Positions 1 through 10,990 of a DNA stretch of 64,000 bases are shown piece by piece. The stretch lies in IMG/VR virus record IMGVR_UViG_2595698832_000001, positions 64,001 through 128,000 of that record; one strand, given 5' to 3'. The translations under genes were made by a program, and so were the position numbers. Below the pieces are notes generated by a model. It was given only the letters and a program-made list of their open reading frames with translations. It was not told the DNA's origin and made no database searches. Numbering within the stretch: the first letter of the stretch is position 1; the number at the start of each line of letters is the position of its first letter. Source of the DNA: a virus. Taxonomy: Duplodnaviria; Caudoviricetes.

Positions 1-419
1 GTAATTTCGGTAATTTCAAGAATCTTTCCACTTGGAACGATTATTAAAGATCCTATTAAATCGTGAATTCTGGAATCTGGTAAAGTTACATCGTATTCAT
101 TCTTAGAATTCATTGAAGATTGAACTAAATTAAATGTGGAAATTTTAGAAACATATAAACCTATACTTGTATCTAACGGAACACCAAATTGGGTTTGCAA
201 CCTTTCATATTGGTCAAATTCTTCTGAATTTTCTGGCATACCAAATATTTCAAAACAAGCTCTATTGTCCGCTTTAAAATGACTAAAATCACCAAATGTT
301 AAATCCCTGTTAATTTTTTTGGTAATGATTAATTTAAGTGGAGCACCATAAAGTCTAATGAGTTCTTCGGTAACAGATCCACTCAGATCATATTCATTAG
401 TATGCTGGTTAAAATTCAA
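1..419 (-). CDS. Neck/head-completion protein, T4 gp14-like (runs off window start)
   Basis: Manually translated from TTG at 419: MNFNQHTNEYDLSGSVTEELIRLYG...FGDFSHF...QFGVPLD...LIGSLIIVPSGKILEITEI. This matches the gp14 pattern. Late-type ATAAATA lies upstream on the - strand (442-448). Confidence 0.7.
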   Translation of the reverse strand, partial: MNFNQHTNEYDLSGSVTEELIRLYGAPLKLIITKKINRDLTFGDFSHFKADNRACFEIFGMPENSEEFDQYERLQTQFGVPLDTSIGLYVSKISTFNLVQSSMNSKNEYDVTLPDSRIHDLIGSLIIVPSGKILEITEI

Positions 420-486
420 TTTTAAAGCCTCATTTTTGATATATTTATTTTAAGTAATCAAAATAAATAAAATCAAAAGGTTCAAG

Positions 487-3400
487 ATGGACAGCACAGA
501 TAATTCTAAAGCTACGAGTATTGAAACAAATCAATATATAAAAAATCCAAAATATACAACAAAAGAAGCTATTGATAAATTTGTTAACCTATTGATCCTA
601 GGTAGATACACTGAAAAAGATTTATCAGATGCTTTGAACTATTGCTTAATACGTAGCACAGAAAGTTTTGATAATATAGATTCTATAAAAGAAGCTATAG
701 AAGAACTTAAGAAAGATTCAGAAGCTTTTAAAATATTCATAGATAATACAAATAAACTTTTAGATGCTATTCAAGATATTAATAAAGAACAAACTGCTGA
801 AATTGATAAAATTAATGAATTCTTAAAAACAGCAGTAACTTTAGATACTGAACAAACTATTACAGGAACTAAAACATTTAATAAGATTTATGTTCCAAAT
901 CCTACAGAATCTAAACAAGCTGCTAACGCTCAGTATGTTATAGATTATGTTAAAGATCAATTAAGTAAAACTATTGGAGATTTAAATAATTTAAAAACTG
1001 AATCTAAAGATTTAATTATTAATGCTATTAACGAAGTTCTTGACAATTTAAATGCTTATAAAGAAACTATAAATGAAACTGCTATTAATCAAATGATTGA
1101 TACTAAGTTAAATCCATTAATAGAAAGAATTACAACAATTGAATCTACTGCGGATTACACCAAAGAATTAGCAGAAGCTAATAAGCAAGCTATTGAAGAT
1201 TTAAATACAAAAGTAGTTGATAATACTAGTGATATAACGGATATTAATAGAAGACTTGAAGAAGCTGTTTTCTATAGTAAAATTGATGATACTCGCAAAA
1301 CTATACAACTTAAAAATTATGATAGCATTTCCGGTGTTAGTACTACTGGTGAAGGTATCAATATTGCTATGGTTTCTAAATGGGATAAAGTAGATTTAGG
1401 ATCTAATCAAATTCCTATTAACTTAAATGGATCGGAAACTAGACCAACTTATAATGATTCCAAAGAAATAGCTTTAATAGATGATGTTAACTTAAAAGCA
1501 GATGCTAGCAATGTTTATAATAAATCTGAAATTGATACTAAATTAGATACTAAAGCAGATTCAAATACCGTTTATAATAAAGAAGATTCTGACGCTAGAT
1601 TTGTTAGTTTAACTGAGAATCAAAACATTCAAGGCAATAAAGTTATAGAAGGTATTTGGGAATTTAATGGAATATTGTCTAAACCAAAACAATTAGCAAC
1701 TACTGAATATGTGGTAAATTATGCTAAAACATATGCTAACCAAAAAGTCGGAGATTTGGCAAGTCTTAAAACAGAAGCTAAAGATACAGCAGTGTCTGCT
1801 ATCAACGAATTATTTGATAAGATTGAATCTGGTAATACAGATGAGCCAGTTGATACTTATACAAAACAAGAAATAGATGCTAAATTAGAAACTAAAGCAG
1901 ATGTTGACAATGTTTATAATAAATCTGAAATTGATTCAAAAACTTGATCTTAAAGCAGACGCTGGCAGTGTCTATAACAAATCAGAGATTGATCATAAAT
2001 TTGAAAACATAACTATTGATGATATTAATTATGCGAAGTTAGGTGAGGAAAATACTTTTATTCAAGAACAAAACATAAAACAAGTAAATATAAGTGATGA
2101 ACCTACACTAGATACCCATGTAATTACTTTAAAATATTTTAAAGATAATTCTAGTGGTGGTATTTCTCCAGCTGATTATGTAACCAAGACTGAATTTACA
2201 AGTGGTATTAATAACAAAGCTGATAAAAATCATACACATGTTGTAGCTGATATAACAGATTTAAATTTAGATAGACTTGCTACAAAAGAAGAAACATATA
2301 CTAAACAAGAAATAGATAATAAAATAGATGCAATAGTACCACCTGAAATTGACTTAACTCATTATGCAAAGAAAGATGCAGCTAATATTTTTACAAAAGC
2401 TAATACTTTTACAGAAGCACCTTCGGTAGAAGTAGATGCAACACTAGATAATCACGTTATTAGAAAAAAACAATTTGACAATAACATAAAAGAAATAAAT
2501 GATAAAGTTAAATCTGTTGTTGGTGATTTAAATTCATTAAATAATGAAGTTTCTAAAGATAATTTAGTTAATGCTATAAATAGTGTGGATGATAAGTTCA
2601 AAACAACGGCTAAAACTAATGAATCAAATACATTTACAGGGGATCAAACTTATTTAGACAATATTTTACTAGAATCTGTTCCTTCTGAAAGAAATCACGC
2701 AGTTAATTTGGGATATATTTTAGACAATCCTGGAGGTATAAAACTCCCTGATCACACAGCACTTACACAGAATTCTGTTACAGAAATAACTTTTGGATAT
2801 GCAAATCCAGTAGCGTACTCTGCACAACAATTAAAAAATGTATTCCTAAAAGATATAGTAGGTAATGAATATAAAGCTATTATGGCAGATGCAACATCAT
2901 TTACAGCAAATCCTTCAAAAGAAATGGTTGTTATACTTTCTAGAACTGATTATACAAAAAATATAGATGTTAATTTTGACATAACTAAAACAGTTGATGA
3001 GCTTAAACAATATGAGCTTAAAGAAGGAGAAGTTAGAGTTATACTATCTTACGATATTGTATCTGTTTATTCTAGTGGATATGGTTATGGCGCTATGTTT
3101 TCTAGAAACGCTAATAAAAAAGACGGAGATTTAATATATGATTATTATTTTGGAAGTCAAAATGATATAACAAATAATAGAAAAGTATCTATAAAAATAG
3201 ATAAACTTGGCATTAATACTCCGGATATTGTAAGTATATCTATGACCACAAATGGTTCAGAAAAACTTACAGTTAAAACTGATGAACTAAATCCTATAGA
3301 AAACATTTATGATTCTGCAGATATGACTTATATTCATACTCCTGTAAGCAAAACTGTAGGAGATGTTCTGTATAGTAATATATCTCAAGCAATCAAATCA

Positions 3401-5752
3401 ATACATTTATTAGAAAATAATATATGTTCTTTAAAGCCTGCAGATATGGAATTACAACTTGTAAGACTTAAAGAATTTAAACAAACAATAAATAATATAT
3501 TGCAATCTATGTTTGATGAGAGCCCTGTAACTCTAAAAAATGGAGATTACATAGATGTTTCATTTAGTGGTAGTGCAAGCTGTGGAACAGGATATTGTGG
3601 GTATGTTAATATAAAAGATACTATAAGAGATATTACATATAAAGCTTATAAAGTATCTTCAAATGCTTTTAATACAACTAGTGAAACTAAAGTTATTGCA
3701 GTTCTAACTTCTGATAACAGTAAAACAAATGTAACTTATTCTGATAGTGTATCAACATTAGAATCTTATGAAGTAGCAGAAAATGAGATATTATTAGAAA
3801 TATCATTTTCAACTGCTAAGCAGTATTCTGCTAAATACGGGTATGGAGCTATGTTAGAGTATTGGGGTTCTGTATCTGATTTATGTTATGATTATTATAT
3901 GGGTTCAAACCTAGATATGAACTGTCCATTTAAAATAACAATACTAAAACTAGGAAGTTCTGTTAAAGCAGATACTATACAAATAGGTGCTCCTACTTTT
4001 GCAGGATCATTAGTTATGCACCTAAGAAAAAATACAAACGATGTTATTAATTTCCTTGTATCTACAGGTGTGAATGTAACAGGAAGAGATGGAGCTGAAA
4101 GCGGATCAGTATATAATTTAGTAGAAAAATCATTGAAACCATTAAAAGTTCTAACATCTGAAGCACATCAATCTATAAATGGTATAACTACTTTTAATAA
4201 TAAAGTGTATATGAATATAGACAATGAAAAAATTACAGACAGCAAACAACTAATACATAAAGAATACCTAGATAAAAATATTGCAGACAATGTAGCATAT
4301 AATATTAGTAATACTCCATTAGTACCTTACAATGATGTTAGCTCTTTAAACACAAAAAATATCGGTGTAAGAATATCTGCGACAACTAATAACTCTAGTT
4401 ATTCATCTGGTGATACAGTAGTAGTTAGTAATTTCAAGATAAAACTTAAAGGAGATGGTGAATACCTTAAACCTTATGGGGTTGAAGTTGTTGATAGAGA
4501 AAATAATAAAATAGGTTTAAATTTAATAGGAGATGATACAGTATATAATGATAATGATGCTTTATTATCTACAAGGCCTTCTGATTTCAACTCATCTAAT
4601 GTAGATCTTTCTAGTGGTAGTAATGCTGTAGCTACAGTAAAAACAAATGGTGCATACGATTATAGTGGAGTATATGAGATTTGTAATCCTTTCAGAGAGT
4701 ATAATAAAAAATATTGCGTATTTTTAAGTTCTGATGGATTAAAAAATCCTTACTATCAAGTTGATATAAGTAGCTCCAAACAAGTTGATAATATATCTTT
4801 TCAATTATTTGGAACTAGTGCTACAAATCCTTTTTTATATTCTAAAGACTGTAAAATTGAGTTATTTGTAGAAAATACTGTTGTAAAAACCTTCAATGTT
4901 AAAGGAAGCTCTGAAAATAATAGTCCTGTAAATATTAATATAGATTATAAAGATGGTATGTTCTTAATATCTGTTCTTGATTCTATAAATTATATAAATA
5001 ATAGAATCAATAAAAATGCAGAGTTACTTACAGGGTTAGGGAAACCCAATTTTTCACTAAACCCTAATAAAATAGGCTCTTTATACTCTGATACAACAAA
5101 TAAAGCTGTATATATGTGTATAGACAATACTTTTGGTGCTAATAAATGGGTGAATATAGTAACAGGTGATGAAATTAAACCAAACCTTAGAAAAATAGAA
5201 ATCACTTGTAATGTAAACTTAAGAAGTGGCCAATACGGTGGTTGCATGAGCGGTGTTAAAATAGGATTTGATAACGGGTATGCTTCTACAAAACAAATAG
5301 TTAAAGGATTAAATAATGGTCAGATATTATGGTCATTAGACGGTTTAGGTAATCTAGCTAGTTATTCTGAAGTAGGTTCTTTATCTCCTAGTGGTAATGA
5401 TATCAAAGGTGATGTTACTACTACTGGAATATATAACGACCCTTCATATCATTGTGTTACTAATATATTCAAAGAGTATCTTGGAAATGCTGACCAGTGT
5501 TCATTATGGTCTGACGCTAGCACTAAACAATTAAAAATAACATTAATATCTGAAAAAGTCCCTAATAAAATTACTTATGTAGGTAACGGATATTATGGTC
5601 AGACTTCTGTATCTGATGTAAAAGCTATATGGTATTATGTAAATGATGACGGTATGAAAGTAGAAGAGTCTGTAGATAATGAACTTGAAGTTAGTGTTAA
5701 TAGTTCAGAAACAAACGATAGTTCTTATATATATGCGTTCAATATAAATTAG
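487..5752 (+). CDS. Large tail fibre / receptor-binding-like protein (~1750 aa; ORFs 487-1947 and 1901-5752 joined across a +1 A at ~1940)
   Basis: KADxxxVYNKSEID repeats continue across the break. Also repeated QxIxGxKTF fibre motifs, GDLxxLKT..AINE repeats, a coiled-coil N-terminus and a beta-rich C-terminus. Confidence 0.7.
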
Positions 5753-5923
5753 ATATGTAAGACTGTATTAATGATAGATCCAACTAAAGACTTTTTAAAA
5801 GCTATTATTTGGAAACATCATTATTATTTTTGATTCATTTTATTAAAGAAAACAGAGATATAAATATTATATAATAACGAATTATCAGAAGTTGAAGAAT
5901 CTAAACAAGATTAAAGGTAAAAA

Positions 5924-6160
5924 ATGTTATCATTTGTAGTTAACCAAGCATTACCAGACTTGAATCAATCATTTAATTCAGAAGGAACTGACTTAACTAG
6001 TTATGTAAAACCAGAATCTAATTTAAACCTAGTATATAAAAAAAGATCTAATATAACTTATACAATTGAAAAATCTTTTGAATCCTATACTAAAGTAAAT
6101 GAAATCTATACTATAGATTCTTATTTACAAGTAAAAAATAAAGACACGAAGTTCGATTAA
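5924..6160 (+). CDS. Hypothetical protein
   Basis: 78-aa ORF with an AAGG RBS. Confidence 0.5.
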   Translation: MLSFVVNQALPDLNQSFNSEGTDLTSYVKPESNLNLVYKKRSNITYTIEKSFESYTKVNEIYTIDSYLQVKNKDTKFD

Positions 6161-6205
6161 TTTTAAAATAGTTCCGGGGTTGGCTATTGAAGCTGAGGGT
6201 TCTTA

Positions 6206-7566
6206 ATGGCTTTCTTTCATTTTAATACTTTAAGAAAATATACTGGAGCTTTGATACATTTATTTTCTAATTTAGAAATACAAACTATTCAAAGTAATGG
6301 TAAACCATTATATTCTATAGTTCCTATTCAGTATGCTAACAGGGAAAGATTTGATATTTATAGTCAATTATCTTATAATCAAATGTTTAATGGTAATACG
6401 CAAGTTTTACCTAGAGGTATACTCTTGTTTACTGGTATGAATGCTAATATCAACAGAGACAAAAAATAAATTTGCTAAGATATATAGAAAATCACAAATA
6501 ATTAAAGGTAGAAACTAAAAAATTAAATTATCAATTCAATTCAGTTCCTTATGATTTTACTTATCAAGTAATTATACAATGTCGTGGAATGAATGAAGCT
6601 AGTATGATATTAGAACAAGTCGCTAGTTATTTTAATCCTAGTTATTGTTTAAGAATTAAAGAAGTAGATTTACCAGATTTTGGAGATACCTCTTGTATAT
6701 TAGAATTAAACTCGACTAGTGTAGATCAAGAATCTATGGATGAATTAAGTACTAATATTGTAACTTGCACTTTTGATTTAACCTTAAGGGGTAATATATA
6801 CCCAGCAATAAAAGAACAACATTTAATAGAATTAGTTCAATTGTTTATGAGCACTGATTTGCCAGAATCTACTGAAGCTAATCCAGTAGTCACGAGAGTT
6901 TATTCCGAAGGTTCTAAAGAAACAGAATCTGGTATTCAAACTTTTATAAATCAATACAAAGCGGTTATTAAGGATATAGAATTCAACCAAGATTATTTAC
7001 TCTGTAAAATAGATTCTGAATGTGAGAAACTTATTAAATTTAAATTTAATTGGTGGGTCAATGACATCAAACAAGACAGCGAAATTGAAAAATTACATTA
7101 TGCACCACGAGATGGTGATATTGTAAAAGTTCAAGCATTTACTGATATTGTTGAGAGTGATATCTTTGAAAAAGAATTCTATTCTGATGAACCAAGATAT
7201 GATTTAATTATTAATGATTTAATTAGGGATGAAGAATTCTTAGAATGTGATTTTACTGACAGTAATCCATCAAATATTAAATATACATTTGAATGGTTTA
7301 TAAACGGTGAAAAATTAGATTTAACACAACGAATTATTAAATATAAATCTAAAGTTAGCTTTGATTGTGAATGTATTATTAGAAGCTCTGATGGTAGAGA
7401 AGCTAAATATTTTAAACATTTTCATAATAATGAAATAATTTTTAAAGATTCTTTTAAAATAAAAGATTCTATGAAACTCGAGCTCAAAACAGATTTGAAA
7501 TCTATAGCCATTGGCTACAACGATTCAATGGGTTTTGATACTAATAATGATTCAAATGATAATTAA
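6206..7566 (+). CDS. Tail sheath stabiliser/terminator, T4 gp15-like, with C-terminal extension (frameshifted ~6465-6510)
   Basis: N-terminus FFHFNTLRKYTGALIHLFSNL...VPIQYANRERF...LPR, then SVPYDF...EQVASYFNP in the downstream frame. These are gp15 motifs. Confidence 0.8.
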
Positions 7567-7574
7567 GGTTTAGA

Positions 7575-8327
7575 ATGGGTACTTTTTCATTTTCATTATC
7601 GGATATAAAGAAACAATTAGGTCCTGGTTTAGGAGTTAGATCAAATGCTTACTTACTAGAAGTTGCTGTAGTAGGTGCTGTTTCTAAAAAATTAGCAGTT
7701 CTTTGTCAAAGTACAGCATTACCTGAAAGAAATATTGGAACCACTGATATATTCTACAAAGGTAGAAAATATAAAATGCGTGGTGAAACAGACTTAAGTG
7801 GTACTTACACTATTAATATAACTGATGATTCTGAAATGAAACTTAGAAGAATGTTCGATAGCTGGATGAGAGAAGTAGATAATACCACACCTAAAGGGAC
7901 TAATGCTTTAGCAGGCTTATTTGGTGGTGCTATGGGTGACTTAATGGAGGTAGCTAATGGAACTTTGAAAGCGGTTAATGAAATTAAATCTGCTTGGGAG
8001 TTTGATGGTGGGGTTTCTTGGCTTAAAAATATGATTATGGGCAAGCCACTACCAGCAAATTATCAAACAACTGTAAACATTTGGCAATTAACTAAAGTCA
8101 AAGAAAAACTATATGGGTATGCTTTGACTAATGCTTTTCCTATTGAAGTAGGTGCGGTAGAAGTTTCTGATGAAAATGAAAATCAGTTATCTATGTTTAG
8201 TGTAACTTTTGCATATTCAGATTTTGAACCTATTGAAGATAAAGGTGTAATTGGACAAATAGTTGATACTGTAATAGGCCAAGAAGGTCAAGAAATTGTA
8301 CAAGGTGTTGAAAATCTATTGGATTAA
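7575..8327 (+). CDS. Tail tube family protein (gp19/gp54-like)
   Basis: RSNAY, LCQSTALP, GRKYKMRG, FDSW, AFPIEVGAVE, FSVTFAY tail-tube fold motifs. Confidence 0.8.
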   Translation: MGTFSFSLSDIKKQLGPGLGVRSNAYLLEVAVVGAVSKKLAVLCQSTALPERNIGTTDIFYKGRKYKMRGETDLSGTYTINITDDSEMKLRRMFDSWMREVDNTTPKGTNALAGLFGGAMGDLMEVANGTLKAVNEIKSAWEFDGGVSWLKNMIMGKPLPANYQTTVNIWQLTKVKEKLYGYALTNAFPIEVGAVEVSDENENQLSMFSVTFAYSDFEPIEDKGVIGQIVDTVIGQEGQEIVQGVENLLD

Positions 8328-8399
8328 AATATTCTTTAGATTTAAAATTTTTTAAGTTTTAATATTATATAATATGTGAAAAATTTAAATTTAAAAGAT

Positions 8400-8417
8400 T
8401 TAACACTGTAGTGTTAA
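8400..8417. promoter_or_regulatory. Palindromic operator-like site TTAACACT-NN-AGTGTTAA (representative copy)
   Basis: Perfect inverted repeat. Identical arms at 43051-43068; variants upstream of other genes. Confidence 0.5.
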
Positions 8418-8468
8418 ATGTTAGCTCTACAAAAAACTGCTAAAATCACTAAAAAATTTAAGAACATT

Positions 8469-8490
8469 TTAAGGATTAATATATTATAAT
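8469..8490 (+). promoter_or_regulatory. Early/middle-type promoter TTAAG-N11-TATAAT (representative copy)
   Basis: Same spacing at 8352, 12703, 32020, 32290, 41295, 42781, 43104, 54324, 54907, 55791. Almost all are followed by an AGGAG RBS and a start codon. Confidence 0.75.
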
Positions 8491-8510
8491 TATATTGTAA
8501 AGGAGATCAA

Positions 8511-9017
8511 ATGGATATTTCAATTAAAGAAATACAACCAAGTTCTGAACAACTGAGACAATACAAAGCGCAAAGAATAACACAAAGAAAACGCATCATA
8601 AAAGGTGGGTTTGAGCACGTTCTCGTAACTTCGGATTCTGACTTAGATGGTATTCATATAGGCGCTTTATTGGTGGGGTTTATAGAAAGATTTAGGCCGG
8701 AATACAAAGGTAGATTTGGTCGGTTTAACACGCCTGTTAAAATGGTTTTAAAAGGTGAAACTCCTATTAAATGGACTTATGACATCACAGAAGAGTTACC
8801 GGTTAAATCCGGTGAAAATGCGAAGTATTTCAAAGGTTTAGGATCTTGGCAAAAAGAATTATTAGATTTTGTTATTAAGAAGGATGGATTAGAAAATATG
8901 ATCGATGTCTATGATTTCGATAATATTAATATAATTAATGACTTCTTAGGCTCTGAAGAGAGTGATAAAAGAAAGAATTATATTAGAAATCATTCTTTTA
9001 GTATAGCAAGTCTGTAA
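8511..9017 (+). CDS. DNA topoisomerase II, C-terminal TOPRIM fragment (T4 gp60-like)
   Basis: VTSDSDLDGIHI (DxDxDG) and KYFKGLGS motifs; ends with RK.YI. Confidence 0.9.
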   Translation: MDISIKEIQPSSEQLRQYKAQRITQRKRIIKGGFEHVLVTSDSDLDGIHIGALLVGFIERFRPEYKGRFGRFNTPVKMVLKGETPIKWTYDITEELPVKSGENAKYFKGLGSWQKELLDFVIKKDGLENMIDVYDFDNINIINDFLGSEESDKRKNYIRNHSFSIASL

Positions 9018-9191
9018 TTATTTGATTGTTTTACATTTTGGTGATTTAATTTGATTCTAAGTTTTAAACTTTAGTTTATAATTTAAAGTTTATAATATAA
9101 TAGAATTAATATTAAATTAAGTTTTTTAATTTTTTATAATTGGTTTTAATATAATAGATTAAAACTGATTAATTTTTTTAAAGGTATATTT

Positions 9192-10109
9192 ATGGACATT
9201 AATTTTGATTGGAATTCAATGAATGCGGGAGCTAACCCATTCGAATCTAAAAGTTATGAAAGTGATACTCGTTTTTATACCTTAGCAAAAGATGAAAATG
9301 GTAATGGTGCAGCTTTAATCAGATTCTTACCTAGCGAAGTTCACGAAAATGGCTCAATGAGTACCATTATGAAAGTATTCAAATACAATGTTAGATCTAA
9401 AACTTCTAAAAGATTTATAGCTGAGTGGAGTCCAAGTACAATTGGTTTGCCTGACCCAATTCAAGAAAAGTGGGCATCTCTTTGGAATGCTGGCAAACAA
9501 GATGAAGCAAGAAGATATGCAAGGTCTACAAGATACATTGCTAATATTAAAGTTATTAAAGATCCAAAAAACCCAGCAAATGAAGGTAAAATTTTCTTAC
9601 TTGATATGTCACAAACACTTGGTGAGAAAATTAAATCTATTTTAACACCAAATGAACAAGAATTAGCACTAGGTGCTGTTGCTAAAAATCTTTTTGATCC
9701 TATAAAAGGATTTAACTTTAAATTGATTGCAACTAAAGGGGCCAATGGGTTTATAGAATATTCAAAAAGTGATGCTGAAGCAAATCCAAGTGCAATTTAT
9801 AATAGTGTAGAAGAAGCAGTAGCAGATATTAAAAATAATGCTTATAAATTGTCAGATTGGCAAAAACCAGAAAGCTACAAATCTTACGAAGCATTAAAAG
9901 AATTGCTAGATGGTTTGGATACACCAGTAGAATCTAACAATTTAGATTCAATGGTTCAAGCAGCACCAGTAACAAGTTTTGCTGAACCGGAAGCACCAAC
10001 AGTACGCATTAAAACAGCACCAACTGCACCAACTGCACCAGAAGCTAAAGCGCCAAGTGCTAACCAAGCAGATAATCTTGATGATTTGATGGCTGACTTA
10101 TTAAAGTAA
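9192..10109 (+). CDS. Single-stranded DNA-binding protein, T4 gp32-like
   Basis: DTRFY, GNGAALIRFLP, YIANIKVIKDP.NP.NEGKIF motifs; acidic C-terminus DNLDDLMADL. Confidence 0.92.
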   Translation: MDINFDWNSMNAGANPFESKSYESDTRFYTLAKDENGNGAALIRFLPSEVHENGSMSTIMKVFKYNVRSKTSKRFIAEWSPSTIGLPDPIQEKWASLWNAGKQDEARRYARSTRYIANIKVIKDPKNPANEGKIFLLDMSQTLGEKIKSILTPNEQELALGAVAKNLFDPIKGFNFKLIATKGANGFIEYSKSDAEANPSAIYNSVEEAVADIKNNAYKLSDWQKPESYKSYEALKELLDGLDTPVESNNLDSMVQAAPVTSFAEPEAPTVRIKTAPTAPTAPEAKAPSANQADNLDDLMADLLK

Positions 10110-10114
10110 CTTAT

Positions 10115-10134
10115 AGAAGCTCTGATGGGCTTCT
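10115..10134 (+). terminator. Putative stem-loop after gp32
   Basis: AGAAGCTC-TGAT-GGGCTTCT. Confidence 0.45.
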
Positions 10135-10149
10135 TCTCAAGGAAGAATT

Positions 10150-10422
10150 ATGATCGATATCGAAAACTTTAAACCACTTCAAGATTTTGTTCTAATAAAA
10201 ACAGAACCTGTTAAATTTGAAACTGAATCTGGCATCATCACAAAAATACAAAAATCAAATCTTTATGACCGACCAACCAAAGGTGTTGTAATTAAACAAG
10301 GGCCTAAATGTCAATATGATTTGGTTAATAAAACAGTTCAATGGGATATCACAAAAGGTCAAGATATTGAAGAAAATTATATTCTTTTGACTGAGGATTC
10401 AATACTAGGAATTATAGAGTAA
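10150..10422 (+). CDS. GroES-like co-chaperonin
   Basis: FKPLQDFVLI, TESGII mobile loop, GVVIKQG, EDSILGII. Confidence 0.85.
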   Translation: MIDIENFKPLQDFVLIKTEPVKFETESGIITKIQKSNLYDRPTKGVVIKQGPKCQYDLVNKTVQWDITKGQDIEENYILLTEDSILGIIE

Positions 10423-10872
10423 ATGAGAGCTCAGCTTTTTGAATTGCACCAAGAACTCAATATCAAGGATAATATAATCTTGTTACATTGTGATATGTTT
10501 CCTTATGCAGGAAAGAACATCATAAATTTACATATACAAGAACAAACTATGATTAATGTAGCAGCTGGTATTGCATATACTGGCAAACCAGTTATAATCT
10601 ATGGAGTTCTTGGATTTGTTTTTCTTAAAGCTCTGGAGCAAATTAAGTTTAGTATATTAGATTTTAGTGCGAAATATGCTCCAATAATTATGTGTAATGC
10701 TGGATATACTGGGTGTTATGAAATGTATGGCAAAGGCCATATTTTCAAAGAAGAATTAGATCTTTGTAAAGTTTATAATATTGAATATTTCAAACCTAAT
10801 AAAGAAAATTTTAAAGGTTTGATAAAAGATTGTTTAAAAACAAATGGTTTCAAATATATTTTGATATATTAA
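10423..10872 (+). CDS. Transketolase pyrimidine-binding-domain-like protein
   Basis: IQEQTMINVAAGIAYTGKPV...FLKALEQIK...GH motifs of the transketolase/DXS PYR domain. Confidence 0.75.
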   Translation: MRAQLFELHQELNIKDNIILLHCDMFPYAGKNIINLHIQEQTMINVAAGIAYTGKPVIIYGVLGFVFLKALEQIKFSILDFSAKYAPIIMCNAGYTGCYEMYGKGHIFKEELDLCKVYNIEYFKPNKENFKGLIKDCLKTNGFKYILIY

Positions 10873-10962
10873 ATCATTAAGCTTTTAAGCTTTAGCTTAT
10901 AGTTATTAAACATTTTAAGCTTTAGCTTTATTTTTTAAAACTTTTATAGCTTTAAATTAAAA

Positions 10963-10969
10963 ATAAATA
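10963..10969 (+). promoter_or_regulatory. Late-type promoter motif ATAAATA (T4 TATAAATA-like; representative copy)
   Basis: Found ~15-30 nt before starts at 463, 10963, 14812, 16092, 21992, 24410, 25294, 40618, 44974, 49053, 50582, 52576, 63523, mostly ahead of structural genes. Confidence 0.55.
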
Positions 10970-10990
10970 ATTTAAAACTCAGGAATTTTA

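Noticed and set aside
1901-1947. Programmed frameshift or two separate fibre genes
   Set aside because: One extra A in a homopolymer; same pattern as the many other apparent sequencing errors
8511-9017. T4 gene 60-style ribosomal bypass
   Set aside because: The ORF is continuous, with no internal stop or gap
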